Of a stretch of 64,000 nucleotides of DNA, positions 15,648 to 25,270 are shown in pieces (within the stretch, counting starts at the first letter, position 1; each line of letters starts with the position of its first letter). A model generated the notes under the pieces. The model was not told the origin of the DNA. It made no database searches and saw nothing but the letters and a program-made list of their open reading frames with translations. The DNA comes from an uncultured Pseudomonadota bacterium. Lineage in GTDB: Bacteria > Pseudomonadota > Alphaproteobacteria > Rs-D84. A program made the position numbers and the translations under genes. The stretch spans positions 2,128 through 66,127 of the forward strand of contig CAMZFU010000002.1 of assembly GCA_947306185.1 (NCBI GenBank), given 5' to 3'.

Positions 15648-16706
15648 ATGGTTATAAGCAAGATTTTATCTAGGTTCCTGTTTCGCCGTTTCTTTTCGGG
15701 GGTCGGGTTAGTATTGCTGGTTGTATGCGGCATTATATATGCGGTAACATTTGTTGAACGCCTGCCCAGTAATCCAGATATATTCGCAACATTGAATGAT
15801 TCGTGGATACGCCTTATTGAATACGTCCCATTGTTTTTGCCACTTGCGGTGTTTATGGGAACATTAGTCGCATATTATAATATGACACGCTCCAGCGAAA
15901 GTGTTATTATGTCGGGCGCAGGCCTATCGCCATATCAAATTGGGCGACCATTTTTGGTTGGTGCATTTATAATCGGTGCATTTGCAACAATGGTTATCAA
16001 TCCGTACGCGGTGAACCTTACATCAAAAAACATAACCAAAGAACACCTAAATTTGGTTGATGGGAAAATATGGTTACATGAATCTTCGGACACCGGGCAT
16101 ATGACAATCGTTGCCAAAGATATGACCCAAGAATCAAAAAATCTTATTTTTCATGATACAACCATTTATGTCCAAGATACTGATTTCGTATTATTAAAAC
16201 GCGTTGATGCAGATAAAGTAACCCTGTCTGAAGACGGATTAAACGCAAAACGTGCAAAAATATCCGAAACATCTGGACAAATAAGTACCACCGATTGGCA
16301 CGGTGACACACTTATAACGCCGCGAACCGTCCTTGATAGGTACCTGCAACCCAACCAGATTTCATTTTGGAATCTGCCCCAATTTATCCGGAAAATGTCC
16401 GCCATTGGGGTATCTATGCGGGCCCACCTTGTGCAATTTTGGACGTTGCTGTTTTTACCATTAACGATGATTGCAATGGCAACATTAGGTATCGCGTTTT
16501 CGCAAACCCGTCAACGTCGTAATCATACATTTGGAACAAAGTTCAGTTTGGGTATTCTTACGTGTTTTGCACTATATTTTCTGTTGAATATATTTAGCGC
16601 CCTTGGTTCCAACGGAACATTGCCACCACTGCTTGCGATAATTGCCCCCCCGCTTATTATTATCGCGGCATCTGGCTTATTTATTGCAAGTTTTGATACA
16701 ATATAA
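15648..16706 (+). CDS. LPS export permease, LptF/LptG (YjgP/YjgQ) family
   Basis: It starts MVISKILSRFLFRRFF... and has 6 TM segments with a central periplasmic domain. I prefer the ATG at 15648 over the TTG at 15591. Confidence 0.8.
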   Translation: MVISKILSRFLFRRFFSGVGLVLLVVCGIIYAVTFVERLPSNPDIFATLNDSWIRLIEYVPLFLPLAVFMGTLVAYYNMTRSSESVIMSGAGLSPYQIGRPFLVGAFIIGAFATMVINPYAVNLTSKNITKEHLNLVDGKIWLHESSDTGHMTIVAKDMTQESKNLIFHDTTIYVQDTDFVLLKRVDADKVTLSEDGLNAKRAKISETSGQISTTDWHGDTLITPRTVLDRYLQPNQISFWNLPQFIRKMSAIGVSMRAHLVQFWTLLFLPLTMIAMATLGIAFSQTRQRRNHTFGTKFSLGILTCFALYFLLNIFSALGSNGTLPPLLAIIAPPLIIIAASGLFIASFDTI

Positions 16707-16732
16707 TTGTCGTAATCTAAAAAGGAAAACGC

Positions 16733-16864
16733 ATGCCATTAAAAAAGAAAAATTCAAAACGGAATAAAATTATTATATGGACACTGGTTGTCATATTATT
16801 GGTGTTAATGATAATATATTTTCCACCAACCCAAAATGTAACCGAAGTCGTATTGCATCAATAA
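16733..16864 (+). CDS. small membrane protein (43 aa) translationally coupled to xerD
   Basis: An RBS (aaaggaaaacgc) precedes the ATG. The product is MPLKKKNSKRNKIIIWTLVVILLVLMIIYFPPTQNVTEVVLHQ, a basic N-terminus followed by one TM helix. Its stop overlaps the xerD start (TAATG). It is below the ORF-track cutoff. Confidence 0.4.
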   Translation: MPLKKKNSKRNKIIIWTLVVILLVLMIIYFPPTQNVTEVVLHQ

Positions 16865-17730
16865 TGAATCATATCGATATATTTTTAGAGGCGCTTTCCG
16901 CGGAAAAGGGACGCAGTAAAAACACACTCGCAAGTTATGAAAATGATTTGCGTCATGCTGATTCTGTAATTCCGGGTGGGTTAGAATCCGCAACCGAACA
17001 AGATATCCAAAAATATCTTGCGAACCTTGATGCACGTCCAACATCTGTTGCCCGCAAGGCCAGCGCACTGCGCACTTTCTATAAGTTTTTAATGGTTGAA
17101 CGTATTATCAAAAAAAATCCAGCCATGAATTTGGAATTGCCAAAGCGCGGAAAATTATTGCCTAAATTATTGACCACCGAAGAAATAGAATTGTTAATAT
17201 CTTCGGCCGGTGACACACGCAATTCTGTACGTCTGCGTGCTATGATAGAATTGCTCTATGCGTCTGGTTTGCGCGTATCCGAACTTTGCGAGTTACCAAT
17301 GACGGCATATCTTGGTGACCGATTATTGATTCACGGCAAGGGTGCCAAAGAACGTATGGTGCCAATGCACGATGCCGCGATTGCCGCATTAAATAAATGG
17401 ATTGAGTTGCGTGGCGACAACGAATCAAAATATGTATTTCCAACAAATTCTACATCAGGGCATATAACGCGGGACGGATTTTTCAAGATATTAAAAAAAT
17501 GTGCGGTTCTTGCCGGCATTGAACCATCACGCGTAACACCGCATGTATTGCGCCATTCGTTTGCATCACATTTATTATCGCACGGTGCAAATCTGCGCGC
17601 GATTCAAATGATGTTGGGACACGAAGACATTTCAACCACACAAATTTATACGCATGTTCTGCCTGAGAAATTACAACAGGTCATCGAAGAACATCATCCA
17701 CTTTCTGATAAAAAGGAACACAACAAATGA
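16864..17730 (+). CDS. xerD: site-specific tyrosine recombinase XerD
   Basis: The N-terminal SAM-like domain (KNTLASYENDL) and catalytic residues are present (HVLRHSFASHLL, GHEDISTTQIYTHV). I chose the start at the internal ATG 16864. Confidence 0.85.
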   Translation: MNHIDIFLEALSAEKGRSKNTLASYENDLRHADSVIPGGLESATEQDIQKYLANLDARPTSVARKASALRTFYKFLMVERIIKKNPAMNLELPKRGKLLPKLLTTEEIELLISSAGDTRNSVRLRAMIELLYASGLRVSELCELPMTAYLGDRLLIHGKGAKERMVPMHDAAIAALNKWIELRGDNESKYVFPTNSTSGHITRDGFFKILKKCAVLAGIEPSRVTPHVLRHSFASHLLSHGANLRAIQMMLGHEDISTTQIYTHVLPEKLQQVIEEHHPLSDKKEHNK

Positions 17731-18221
17731 TAAAAAAATGCGATGTAAAGGGTTGCCAAAAGGCCGGAACATGTCGCGCACCAAAAACGCGTGAATTGAA
17801 AGAATACTGGTATTTCTGTCAAGAACATGCGGCCGAGTACAATAAAAATTGGAATTTCTATGACGGGATGACCCCTGAAGAAATCGAAGAAGATTGGGAA
17901 GTAAGAACATTTGGTTCCCCTATCAAGAAACGTACCGCCCAAGAATCAGCTGAATATTTAAAATTCCTTAACGATTTTATCAATGGTCGCAGCACATTTG
18001 ATAAAATGCCACCGAAAAAATCTTTACCGTCATCTATTATCGCAGCATTTAAAACGCTAGATTTGCCAATTACGGCATCATGGCGTGAAATTGGCGCAAA
18101 ATATCGTGCACTTGCAAAAAAATACCACCCCGATACAGCACGCGCACTGGAATCATCTGGCAAAGAATTTACAAAAGTTTCGTCTGCATACCAAACACTA
18201 AAAAAACATTTTGGCAAGTGA
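17727..18221 (+). CDS. J-domain protein (C-terminal DnaJ domain)
   Basis: A C-terminal J domain with HPD is present ([20 protein letters not shown]). The N-terminal region is Cys-rich. It overlaps xerD by ATGA. Confidence 0.8.
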   Translation: MIKKCDVKGCQKAGTCRAPKTRELKEYWYFCQEHAAEYNKNWNFYDGMTPEEIEEDWEVRTFGSPIKKRTAQESAEYLKFLNDFINGRSTFDKMPPKKSLPSSIIAAFKTLDLPITASWREIGAKYRALAKKYHPDTARALESSGKEFTKVSSAYQTLKKHFGK

Positions 18222-18282
18222 TAATTTTTTATGGCGCGCCAAATCTTGTTATGCTATCGTTTTACGCAAAGGACAAAAAGAA

Positions 18283-19188
18283 ATGTATGATGTTATAATC
18301 TTAGGTTCCGGCCCCGCCGGATTAACAGCCGCCATTTATTGTGGCCGCGCCAATAAAAACACACTTGTTATGGGGGGTGACACACTTGGTGGTCAAACCG
18401 CCGGAATCGCAACACTTGAAAACTATCCCGGATTGAGCTGCAGTGGTTTGTAATTAATCGAATTTATGAAATAGCAAGCCGAATCATTTGGGGCAAAAAT
18501 ACAAATGAAAACCGCCGTGCATATCGCAGATGGGAAAAATGGCACATTCGTTATAACTGATGCACGTGGCGATAAATACGAAACGCGTACTATCATTTTG
18601 GCAACAGGCGCATCACCGCGTAAACTTGAAATCGAAGGTGCACGCGAATTCTTTGGACGTGGTGTCTCGTACTGTGCAACATGTGATGGTTTTTTCTATA
18701 GTGATAAAACCGTATTAGTTATCGGTGGTGGTAATTCCGCATTAAACGATGCACTGTATTTGGCCGATATTGCCAAGACGGTAAAAATTGTTTACCGCAA
18801 ATCATCATTTACACGCGCAGAAGCAGTTTTGCGTGATCGCGTTGCGGCCAAAGAAAATATTGAATGTGTATTCAATACAGAATTAAAGAAAATCGCCGCA
18901 CGTCCAAATTCTGAAACAGGCGAATTGGTTGCCACAACGACCAATGATGAACAAATTATTTGTGATGGGATATTTGTTGCCATCGGACACGAAGCAAATA
19001 CAGATTATTTAACCGAAGACACCAAACGCGATGAATTGGGACGCCTTGCACCAGATGCACTGCCCAAGGGAATGTTTGTTGCGGGTGATGTTCATTCGAA
19101 TATAAAAATGCAAATCGCAACGGCTGTTGGTACTGGGTGTACGGCGGCAATGGATGCAATTGCGTATTTGAACACAAACGCACAGTAA
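18283..19188 (+). pseudogene. trxB: thioredoxin-disulfide reductase interrupted by two in-frame stop codons
   Basis: A single frame encodes GSGPAG (FAD), CATC (redox), GGGNSA (NADPH) and FVAGDV motifs. It is interrupted by TAA at 18451..18453 and TAG at 18472..18474 (…[26 protein letters not shown]…). The stops fall where TrxB homologs usually have E or Q. Confidence 0.8.
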
Positions 19189-19205
19189 GTCAAAAGGGAT
19201 AAAAT

Positions 19206-20486
19206 ATGTTGGATATAAAATTTATTCGTGAAAATCCGGATGTGGTGAAAAACGCATGCCGTGTAAAAAATTTTCCTGATGTGGTTGATGATATTTTGTC
19301 ATTAGATGTGCGTGTACGTGAGTTGAAAACTATTACACAAACAAAGACCGCAGAAAAAAATAAAATAACAAAAGAAATTCCAACCGCCACGGACAAGGCA
19401 CCTTTGATTGCAAAGTCCAAGGCAATCGGTGAAGAAATTGCAAATGATATGGCAGAACTGGCCGATAAAGAAGCGGTATTAAACGACCTGTTGCATCGCG
19501 TTCCACAAATCCCATCGGCGGATGCACCGGTTGGTGCCGATGATTCTGCAAATGTTGAAATCCGCCGTATAGGCACGCCACGCACATTTGATTTTACACC
19601 ACGTCCACAATGGGAATTGTTGGATATGAATGGTTGGTGGATGCCGGAAAAAATTGCTGGGGTTTGCGGAACAAGAACATATTGTCTGTGCGGTGAATTG
19701 GCCGAATTATCTTTGGCGGTACAAACATTTGTTATCCAAAAATTAATTAGCAAAGGGTTCAAATATATTGAATGCCCACCGGTAACAAAACCACAAACAA
19801 TATTTAATGCGGGCCATTTTATGGGGTCAGATTTATCTGTTATGAATGATGACGTGTTTATGTTAACTGGTACCGACAGATGCTTGGCGGGTACCGCCGA
19901 AATCATTTTAAATTCTCTGCATGCGGATGAAATACTGCCTGAAAACGAATTACCAATTAAATATGCGGGCTTTTCAACATGCTTCCGCAAAGAAGCCGGT
20001 GCCGCCGGTCGCGACACACGTGGATTGGTGCGTTTTCATCACTTTGATAAAGTAGAACAATATATTTTCTGCCGTCCCGAAGAAAGCGACGAAATGCACG
20101 AATTTTTGTTAAACAACCTATGCGAAGTGGTCGAAGATTTGGAATTACCGTATCGTGTAATTGCAAACTCTACAGGCGATATGGGATTCAATAAAGTGAA
20201 GATGAACGATGTCGAGGCATGGTTCCCATCGGAAAATGCGTATCGTGAATTGGGTTCTTGTTCGTCCATTGGTCAATTCCAGGCACGCCGTACAAATACC
20301 CGCTATCGTGAAAATGCAACCGGCGAAGTCAAATTCGTTGCGACATTGAATAATACCGGTATCGCCCTGCCCCGTGCATTGGTGCCATTGATTGAAAATC
20401 ACCAAAACGCGGATGGTTCGGTAAATATTCCGAAAAAGTTGCAACCATTAATGGGTGGTCGCACAAAGATTGGTGGAAAACACTAA
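19206..20486 (+). CDS. serS: serine--tRNA ligase
   Basis: The 426-aa protein starts MLDIKFIRENPDVV, has a coiled-coil arm and class II motifs. Confidence 0.95.
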   Translation: MLDIKFIRENPDVVKNACRVKNFPDVVDDILSLDVRVRELKTITQTKTAEKNKITKEIPTATDKAPLIAKSKAIGEEIANDMAELADKEAVLNDLLHRVPQIPSADAPVGADDSANVEIRRIGTPRTFDFTPRPQWELLDMNGWWMPEKIAGVCGTRTYCLCGELAELSLAVQTFVIQKLISKGFKYIECPPVTKPQTIFNAGHFMGSDLSVMNDDVFMLTGTDRCLAGTAEIILNSLHADEILPENELPIKYAGFSTCFRKEAGAAGRDTRGLVRFHHFDKVEQYIFCRPEESDEMHEFLLNNLCEVVEDLELPYRVIANSTGDMGFNKVKMNDVEAWFPSENAYRELGSCSSIGQFQARRTNTRYRENATGEVKFVATLNNTGIALPRALVPLIENHQNADGSVNIPKKLQPLMGGRTKIGGKH

Positions 20487-20519
20487 AATAAAAAATCACC
20501 CGAATGGGTGATTTTTTTA
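20487..20519. terminator. bidirectional intrinsic terminator between convergent serS and 20517..21047
   Basis: The stem aatcaccc-gaat-gggtgatt is flanked by an A-run upstream and a T-run downstream. Confidence 0.7.
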
Positions 20520-21047
20520 TTTGCCTTGTTCTTGGTCTCTGGCCTTTTGCCACAATACCTTTAACTGTTTCTTAACAAATTCATCAAATTCATCGGATTT
20601 GAATTCTTCTTTGTTATTGATTCTTAAAATAAACGGACCTTCTTTTGCATCAAATGTTGCGATATCAAAGAAGTCATCATTGACATCAAATACTTCATAT
20701 GGTTGTATATTTTCTAACTTGTTATAATTCACCCATGCCCCCGGATTATTTAACACCGCAATGCACCACGCAATCTTTTTTGTCATTAAATCGTTACGTT
20801 TCGTGCTGTACGCATTAGATAATTCTTCGTCACCATTAACCTGTTCGTCACCCGAATAGTTTAAGTCAACAATTTTTTGTGTCGCATTTATCAGTCTACC
20901 CGCGAAATGCCCACTGTCCATTGTCACAGGCAACAACGCAAATCCGACCTTGTCAGATTTCAAACAGGTCACTTTATTTCCACCGATAATTTGCACAGTG
21001 TAAAGTGATACATCGTTTGCATTAATAATATCCATACTCTTACTCAT
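20517..21047 (-). CDS. hypothetical protein (orphan operon gene 3)
   Basis: I place the start at ATG 21047 (RBS agagg), giving 176 aa. There is no TM segment, signal peptide or recognisable catalytic motif. Confidence 0.6.
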   Translation of the reverse strand: MSKSMDIINANDVSLYTVQIIGGNKVTCLKSDKVGFALLPVTMDSGHFAGRLINATQKIVDLNYSGDEQVNGDEELSNAYSTKRNDLMTKKIAWCIAVLNNPGAWVNYNKLENIQPYEVFDVNDDFFDIATFDAKEGPFILRINNKEEFKSDEFDEFVKKQLKVLWQKARDQEQGK

Positions 21048-21060
21048 CTGATTACCTCTT

Positions 21061-21600
21061 TTATCTGGAATCCTTGGTGGCAAACCATTGTGGCGCCCCA
21101 AATTGTTGAAACCAACTCACAAAACCGTTGCTGTTCAACATATGAACCCGCTGATTCAAATTCAATATTTCTTCTGCATTGGAATCATAAAATGTACGAG
21201 AATATGTCCAAACCTTTTCCGGGTCATAGTCATATGAACGAACATGGGCGGAAATTTTCTGACTTAATGGCACAATTATTCTTTCATAATAGTAATTTTC
21301 AAGTTCTACTATCGGCAATAATTTAGTATAAACAGATTCTTTACCAAGTTTTTCCCCAGGATTACCATCAGCATCCAATCCTGTATATATCATATCTTGC
21401 GGTTGATATAAATATTTCTTGGAATCTTTGACAACTTTCTCGTTCAAAAAATCATATGCAATCAACACATTTTTATAATCACCTGAATCATCACCATATT
21501 CAGGGTCGTTTTTATGACGGCGCTTAATCAACGAATCTATGTACGTCGCGTACAGCAGTAACATTTTTTCAATTGTTTTATCCATATCTATTGTGCGCAT
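21061..21600 (-). CDS. hypothetical protein (orphan operon gene 2)
   Basis: The 179-aa protein looks helical and is Y/D/E-rich. I see no recognisable motif. Confidence 0.6.
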   Translation of the reverse strand: MRTIDMDKTIEKMLLLYATYIDSLIKRRHKNDPEYGDDSGDYKNVLIAYDFLNEKVVKDSKKYLYQPQDMIYTGLDADGNPGEKLGKESVYTKLLPIVELENYYYERIIVPLSQKISAHVRSYDYDPEKVWTYSRTFYDSNAEEILNLNQRVHMLNSNGFVSWFQQFGAPQWFATKDSR

Positions 21601-21633
21601 CTTGCAATCCTTTTGGCTGTTTCACGTATTATT

Positions 21634-21942
21634 TTACTTTTTAACGTTCTGTGTCGCCATTTGCAAACATTGCATAACTGGGTTATTCGCCATTATTTCG
21701 TCCCTTTTCTTATCGTATTCTGCACGCAATAATCTTTCGGCTTGGCGCCCCACAACATAAAGTCCATTTATAACAAGGCCACCCCTGCGTTCTATTTTCA
21801 CACCGGTACTTTCTGAATACATATAAGTCGTTCCAAGCAAGGTATGCCCAATTTTTGCATCGGACGCACCAAACAACTCATGGGCCAGTTCTGTCGCTCT
21901 GGCATCATCACGAATAAGATCACTCCAAGCACCAACGCTCAT
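21634..21942 (-). CDS. hypothetical protein (orphan operon gene 1)
   Basis: I place the start at ATG 21942 (RBS aaagga), giving 102 aa. I see no recognisable motif. Confidence 0.55.
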   Translation of the reverse strand: MSVGAWSDLIRDDARATELAHELFGASDAKIGHTLLGTTYMYSESTGVKIERRGGLVINGLYVVGRQAERLLRAEYDKKRDEIMANNPVMQCLQMATQNVKK

Positions 21943-22025
21943 TTTATATCCTTTGGTTTTAATCACTATACATTATACACTAAAAATAATAATTGTCAAC
22001 TTTTTTATAAAAAATGTATTAGAAT

Positions 22026-22054
22026 TTGTTGAATTTCAGAAAATATAGTATAAT
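22026..22054 (+). promoter_or_regulatory. sigma70-like promoter of typA
   Basis: TTGTTG-N17-TATAAT lies about 30 nt upstream of the typA ATG. Confidence 0.4.
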
Positions 22055-22084
22055 CTATGCTCTTAGGGCAAAAAAGGGCTTAAT

Positions 22085-23923
22085 ATGAAAATTAGAAATA
22101 TTGCAATTATTGCGCACGTTGACCACGGAAAAACAACCCTGGTTGATAATATGTTGAAACAGGCGGGAACTTTCCGTGAAAACGAACGCGTAGAAGACCG
22201 CGTCATGGACAGTGGTGATATCGAACGCGAACGCGGAATCACTATATCGGCCAAGCCTACATCCATTTTGTGGCACGATTATAAAATCAATATCGTTGAC
22301 ACACCGGGGCACGCAGATTTCGGTGGCGAAGTTGAACGTATTTTGTCCATGGTTGACGGCGTTGTGTTATTGGTGGACAGCGCTGAAGGGCCTCTGCCCC
22401 AGACAAAGTTTGTATTAAGCAAGGCATTAAAATTAGGTCTGCGCCCGATTGTATGCATTAACAAAGTTGACCGCAGTGACGCCCGTCCAGACGAAGTTTT
22501 GTCCGAAACATTTGATTTGTTTGATAAATTAGGTGCGGACGACGCACAATTGGATTTCCCATACCTGTATGCGGTTGGCCGTGATGGTTGGGCGGTTCGT
22601 GATTTGAACGACGAACATAAAGACCTGACCCCGTTGTTCCAATTGATTGTCGATCATGTGCCGGCACCCGATTGTAATGGTTCGCGTTGCCAATTGGACG
22701 CACCATTTACTATGTTGGCGACCACATTGGAATCAGACCCATATGTTGGTCGAATCTTGACCGGTAAAATTGAATCCGGCACCGTTCGTGTTGGCCAATC
22801 TGTCAAAGCCATCAATATGAAAGGCGAATTTGTTGAAAACGCAAAAATCACAAAAATTATTGAACACCGCGGTATCGAAAAAATATCACGCGAAAGCGCA
22901 TCCGCAGGTGATATTGTGGTTGTCGCCGGCTTTACCAAGGCAACCGTGGCCGATACACTTTGCGACCCAAGTGTGACAGAGGCAATACCGGCAATGCCAA
23001 TTGACCCACCGACCCTGACCATGACATTCTTTGTGAATACATCGCCATTGGCCGGTCAAAGCGGTAAAAAATTAACATCGCGTATGATTGGTGAACGTTT
23101 ATTCAAAGAAGCCGAAACAAACATCGCATTACGTGTCACACAAAGTGAAAACAAAGAATCTTTTGAGGTATCCGGTCGTGGCGAATTGCAATTGGGTATT
23201 TTAATTGAAACAATGCGCCGCGAAGGATTTGAACTATCTGTATCCCGTCCGCGCGTTGTCATGCAGACAGGTCCAAACGGCGAAAAGTTAGAACCAATAG
23301 AAGAAGTCGTTGTCGACGTTGATGATGAATTTAGTGGCGTTGTGATTGAGAAAATGACCAAGCGCAAGGCAACAATTACCGAAATGAAAGCATCAGGCGG
23401 CGGCAAAACACGTATCGTATTTTCTGCACCGTCACGCGGTTTAATTGGTTATTTATCTGAATTTAGAACCGACACGCGTGGCACCGGTATTATGAACCGC
23501 GTATTTGATAAATATGATGTATATCGTGGTCCAATTGTTCAATATCGTCCAGGCGTTTTGGTATCTATGGAAAAAGGTGTAACCGCGACATATGCGTTAC
23601 ACAACCTGGAACCACGCGGCGTATTGTTCGTTGGTCCGCAAACAGAAGTTTATTCGGGGATGATTATTGGTGAACACAGCAAAGAAAACGATTTGGAAGT
23701 AAACCCAATTAAGGGTAAAGAACTTACCAATGTGCGCAGTGTTACCGCCGATGAAAAATTATTCTTGGCCCCACCACGTAAAATGTCATTAGAAGAAGCA
23801 TTATCATACATCCAAGACGATGAATTGGTCGAAGTTACCCCGGCAACAATTCGTTTACGCAAAAAAGAATTAGATAGCGGTAAACGCAAAAAACTTGCCC
23901 GTGGCAAAGAAGAAGAAATATAA
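22085..23923 (+). CDS. typA: translational GTPase TypA/BipA
   Basis: The G1 motif is present (IRNIAIIAHVDHGKTTLVD) and the 612-aa protein has EF-G-like domain order. Confidence 0.95.
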   Translation: MKIRNIAIIAHVDHGKTTLVDNMLKQAGTFRENERVEDRVMDSGDIERERGITISAKPTSILWHDYKINIVDTPGHADFGGEVERILSMVDGVVLLVDSAEGPLPQTKFVLSKALKLGLRPIVCINKVDRSDARPDEVLSETFDLFDKLGADDAQLDFPYLYAVGRDGWAVRDLNDEHKDLTPLFQLIVDHVPAPDCNGSRCQLDAPFTMLATTLESDPYVGRILTGKIESGTVRVGQSVKAINMKGEFVENAKITKIIEHRGIEKISRESASAGDIVVVAGFTKATVADTLCDPSVTEAIPAMPIDPPTLTMTFFVNTSPLAGQSGKKLTSRMIGERLFKEAETNIALRVTQSENKESFEVSGRGELQLGILIETMRREGFELSVSRPRVVMQTGPNGEKLEPIEEVVVDVDDEFSGVVIEKMTKRKATITEMKASGGGKTRIVFSAPSRGLIGYLSEFRTDTRGTGIMNRVFDKYDVYRGPIVQYRPGVLVSMEKGVTATYALHNLEPRGVLFVGPQTEVYSGMIIGEHSKENDLEVNPIKGKELTNVRSVTADEKLFLAPPRKMSLEEALSYIQDDELVEVTPATIRLRKKELDSGKRKKLARGKEEEI

Positions 23924-23926
23924 AGG

Positions 23927-23954
23927 AAACCGCCGTAGTGGCGGTTTTTATTTT
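23927..23954 (+). terminator. intrinsic terminator of typA
   Basis: The stem aaccgcc-gtagt-ggcggtt is followed by a T-run. Confidence 0.7.
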
Positions 23955-24021
23955 ATATTTAATTATGCGTACTTGCTTTTTCAATAACTAACATTTATCC
24001 TGCACATAAGGAGATATCAAT

Positions 24022-25248
24022 ATGTCAACATCAAACCCGTGGTTAAAATTATATTGCGATGATAAAAACACAAAACATACAAATAAAAATATCAATTTGA
24101 TAAATATTACATCATCGGCGAATATCGAAACAATCGAAGAACCGACCGTTGTTGTTGACACCAAAACAGGTGCATACGGAATATTTGATGCCAATAAAAA
24201 ACTTGTAAAACAATCATTACAATACCGTGGCAAACATCATAATTTTATTCCGCACAAAATTCCCAAAGACATCCCGTATACAGCTGATACCGCCATATAC
24301 GTCGGTGTTATATATCCGCATTTTGGGCACTTTCTGGTTGAACAATTAAACCGGCTTTGGGGTGGTATAGAAAAACAAAAAACAGATAAATTAAAATGGG
24401 TATTTATAAATAACCGTAATATTGAAGTCAAACAATTTGTATATGATTTTATGGCGGCATTTGGGGTTGATAAACAAGACGTTATTGTTTTAACACATTC
24501 CGCACGGTTTAGGAAAATATATATTCCATCACAAACATTTAATATGTCTGGTGCCACCATAGATCACGCAATGGTTATGGGGTACCGCGCAATGGCACAA
24601 AACTGTGCCAAAAACAAACCTGTATATGAACGCATTTATATGTCACGGACAAAATTACCCGACACAATTCGTACACTGGGCGAAGAACAACTGGAAAAAA
24701 TCTTTGTCAAAAACGGATATAAAATCGTTTATCCAGAAACAATGACTATCGCAGAACAAATCGCAACCGTGGCAAATGCAAAATATTTGGCGGGCTGTTC
24801 TGGTACCGCATTGCATTGGGCACTTTGTATGAAACCAGGTGGTACGGTTATCGCATTAAAAAGGAATTCTAAACCGGACGATTTTATTCGCACGCAATAT
24901 ATGCTGAACACAGTTGCAGGATTAAATTCTGTTTTTATAACTGCATCCATTGAAACAAACACATCTGGCCATGGGGGCACCCAAGTCCCACAAATAGTTG
25001 GTATAAATCCATGTGTCAAAAAATTCCTTGATGATTTCGATTTTCAATATACACCCACCGACATCGCATTTAATAAAAAGGCAATGGATACATATATCGC
25101 AAGATACCAAGAATACAAATCAAAACACGGCGGAAAAGCGTATAGAAATATTGTAAGTAAAATAATAAAAATTGTCGTATGCCTTGTACCCGGCCGTGTG
25201 CACCGTCGCAACGCCCGCCAATGGCTTAAACAAAAATTACACGTATAA
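24022..25248 (+). CDS. glycosyltransferase family 61 (DUF563) protein
   Basis: It has the FGHFLVEQLNRLW motif typical of DUF563/GT61 and GCSGTALHWALCMKPGGTVIALKRN. It is a paralog of 25271..26467. Confidence 0.7.
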   Translation: MSTSNPWLKLYCDDKNTKHTNKNINLINITSSANIETIEEPTVVVDTKTGAYGIFDANKKLVKQSLQYRGKHHNFIPHKIPKDIPYTADTAIYVGVIYPHFGHFLVEQLNRLWGGIEKQKTDKLKWVFINNRNIEVKQFVYDFMAAFGVDKQDVIVLTHSARFRKIYIPSQTFNMSGATIDHAMVMGYRAMAQNCAKNKPVYERIYMSRTKLPDTIRTLGEEQLEKIFVKNGYKIVYPETMTIAEQIATVANAKYLAGCSGTALHWALCMKPGGTVIALKRNSKPDDFIRTQYMLNTVAGLNSVFITASIETNTSGHGGTQVPQIVGINPCVKKFLDDFDFQYTPTDIAFNKKAMDTYIARYQEYKSKHGGKAYRNIVSKIIKIVVCLVPGRVHRRNARQWLKQKLHV

Positions 25249-25270
25249 AACGTGCAATTTTTTTCATAAC

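Noticed and set aside
18451-18474. In-frame TAA/TAG in trxB as evidence of an alternative genetic code
   Set aside because: Many conserved genes in the window end at TAA or TAG at the expected length. For example, mnmE ends at TAG right after CLGK, and typA and serS end at TAA.
19190-20017. 275-aa ORF antisense to serS
   Set aside because: It lies fully within the strongly supported serS gene on the opposite strand and has a low-complexity Ser/Ile-rich composition.
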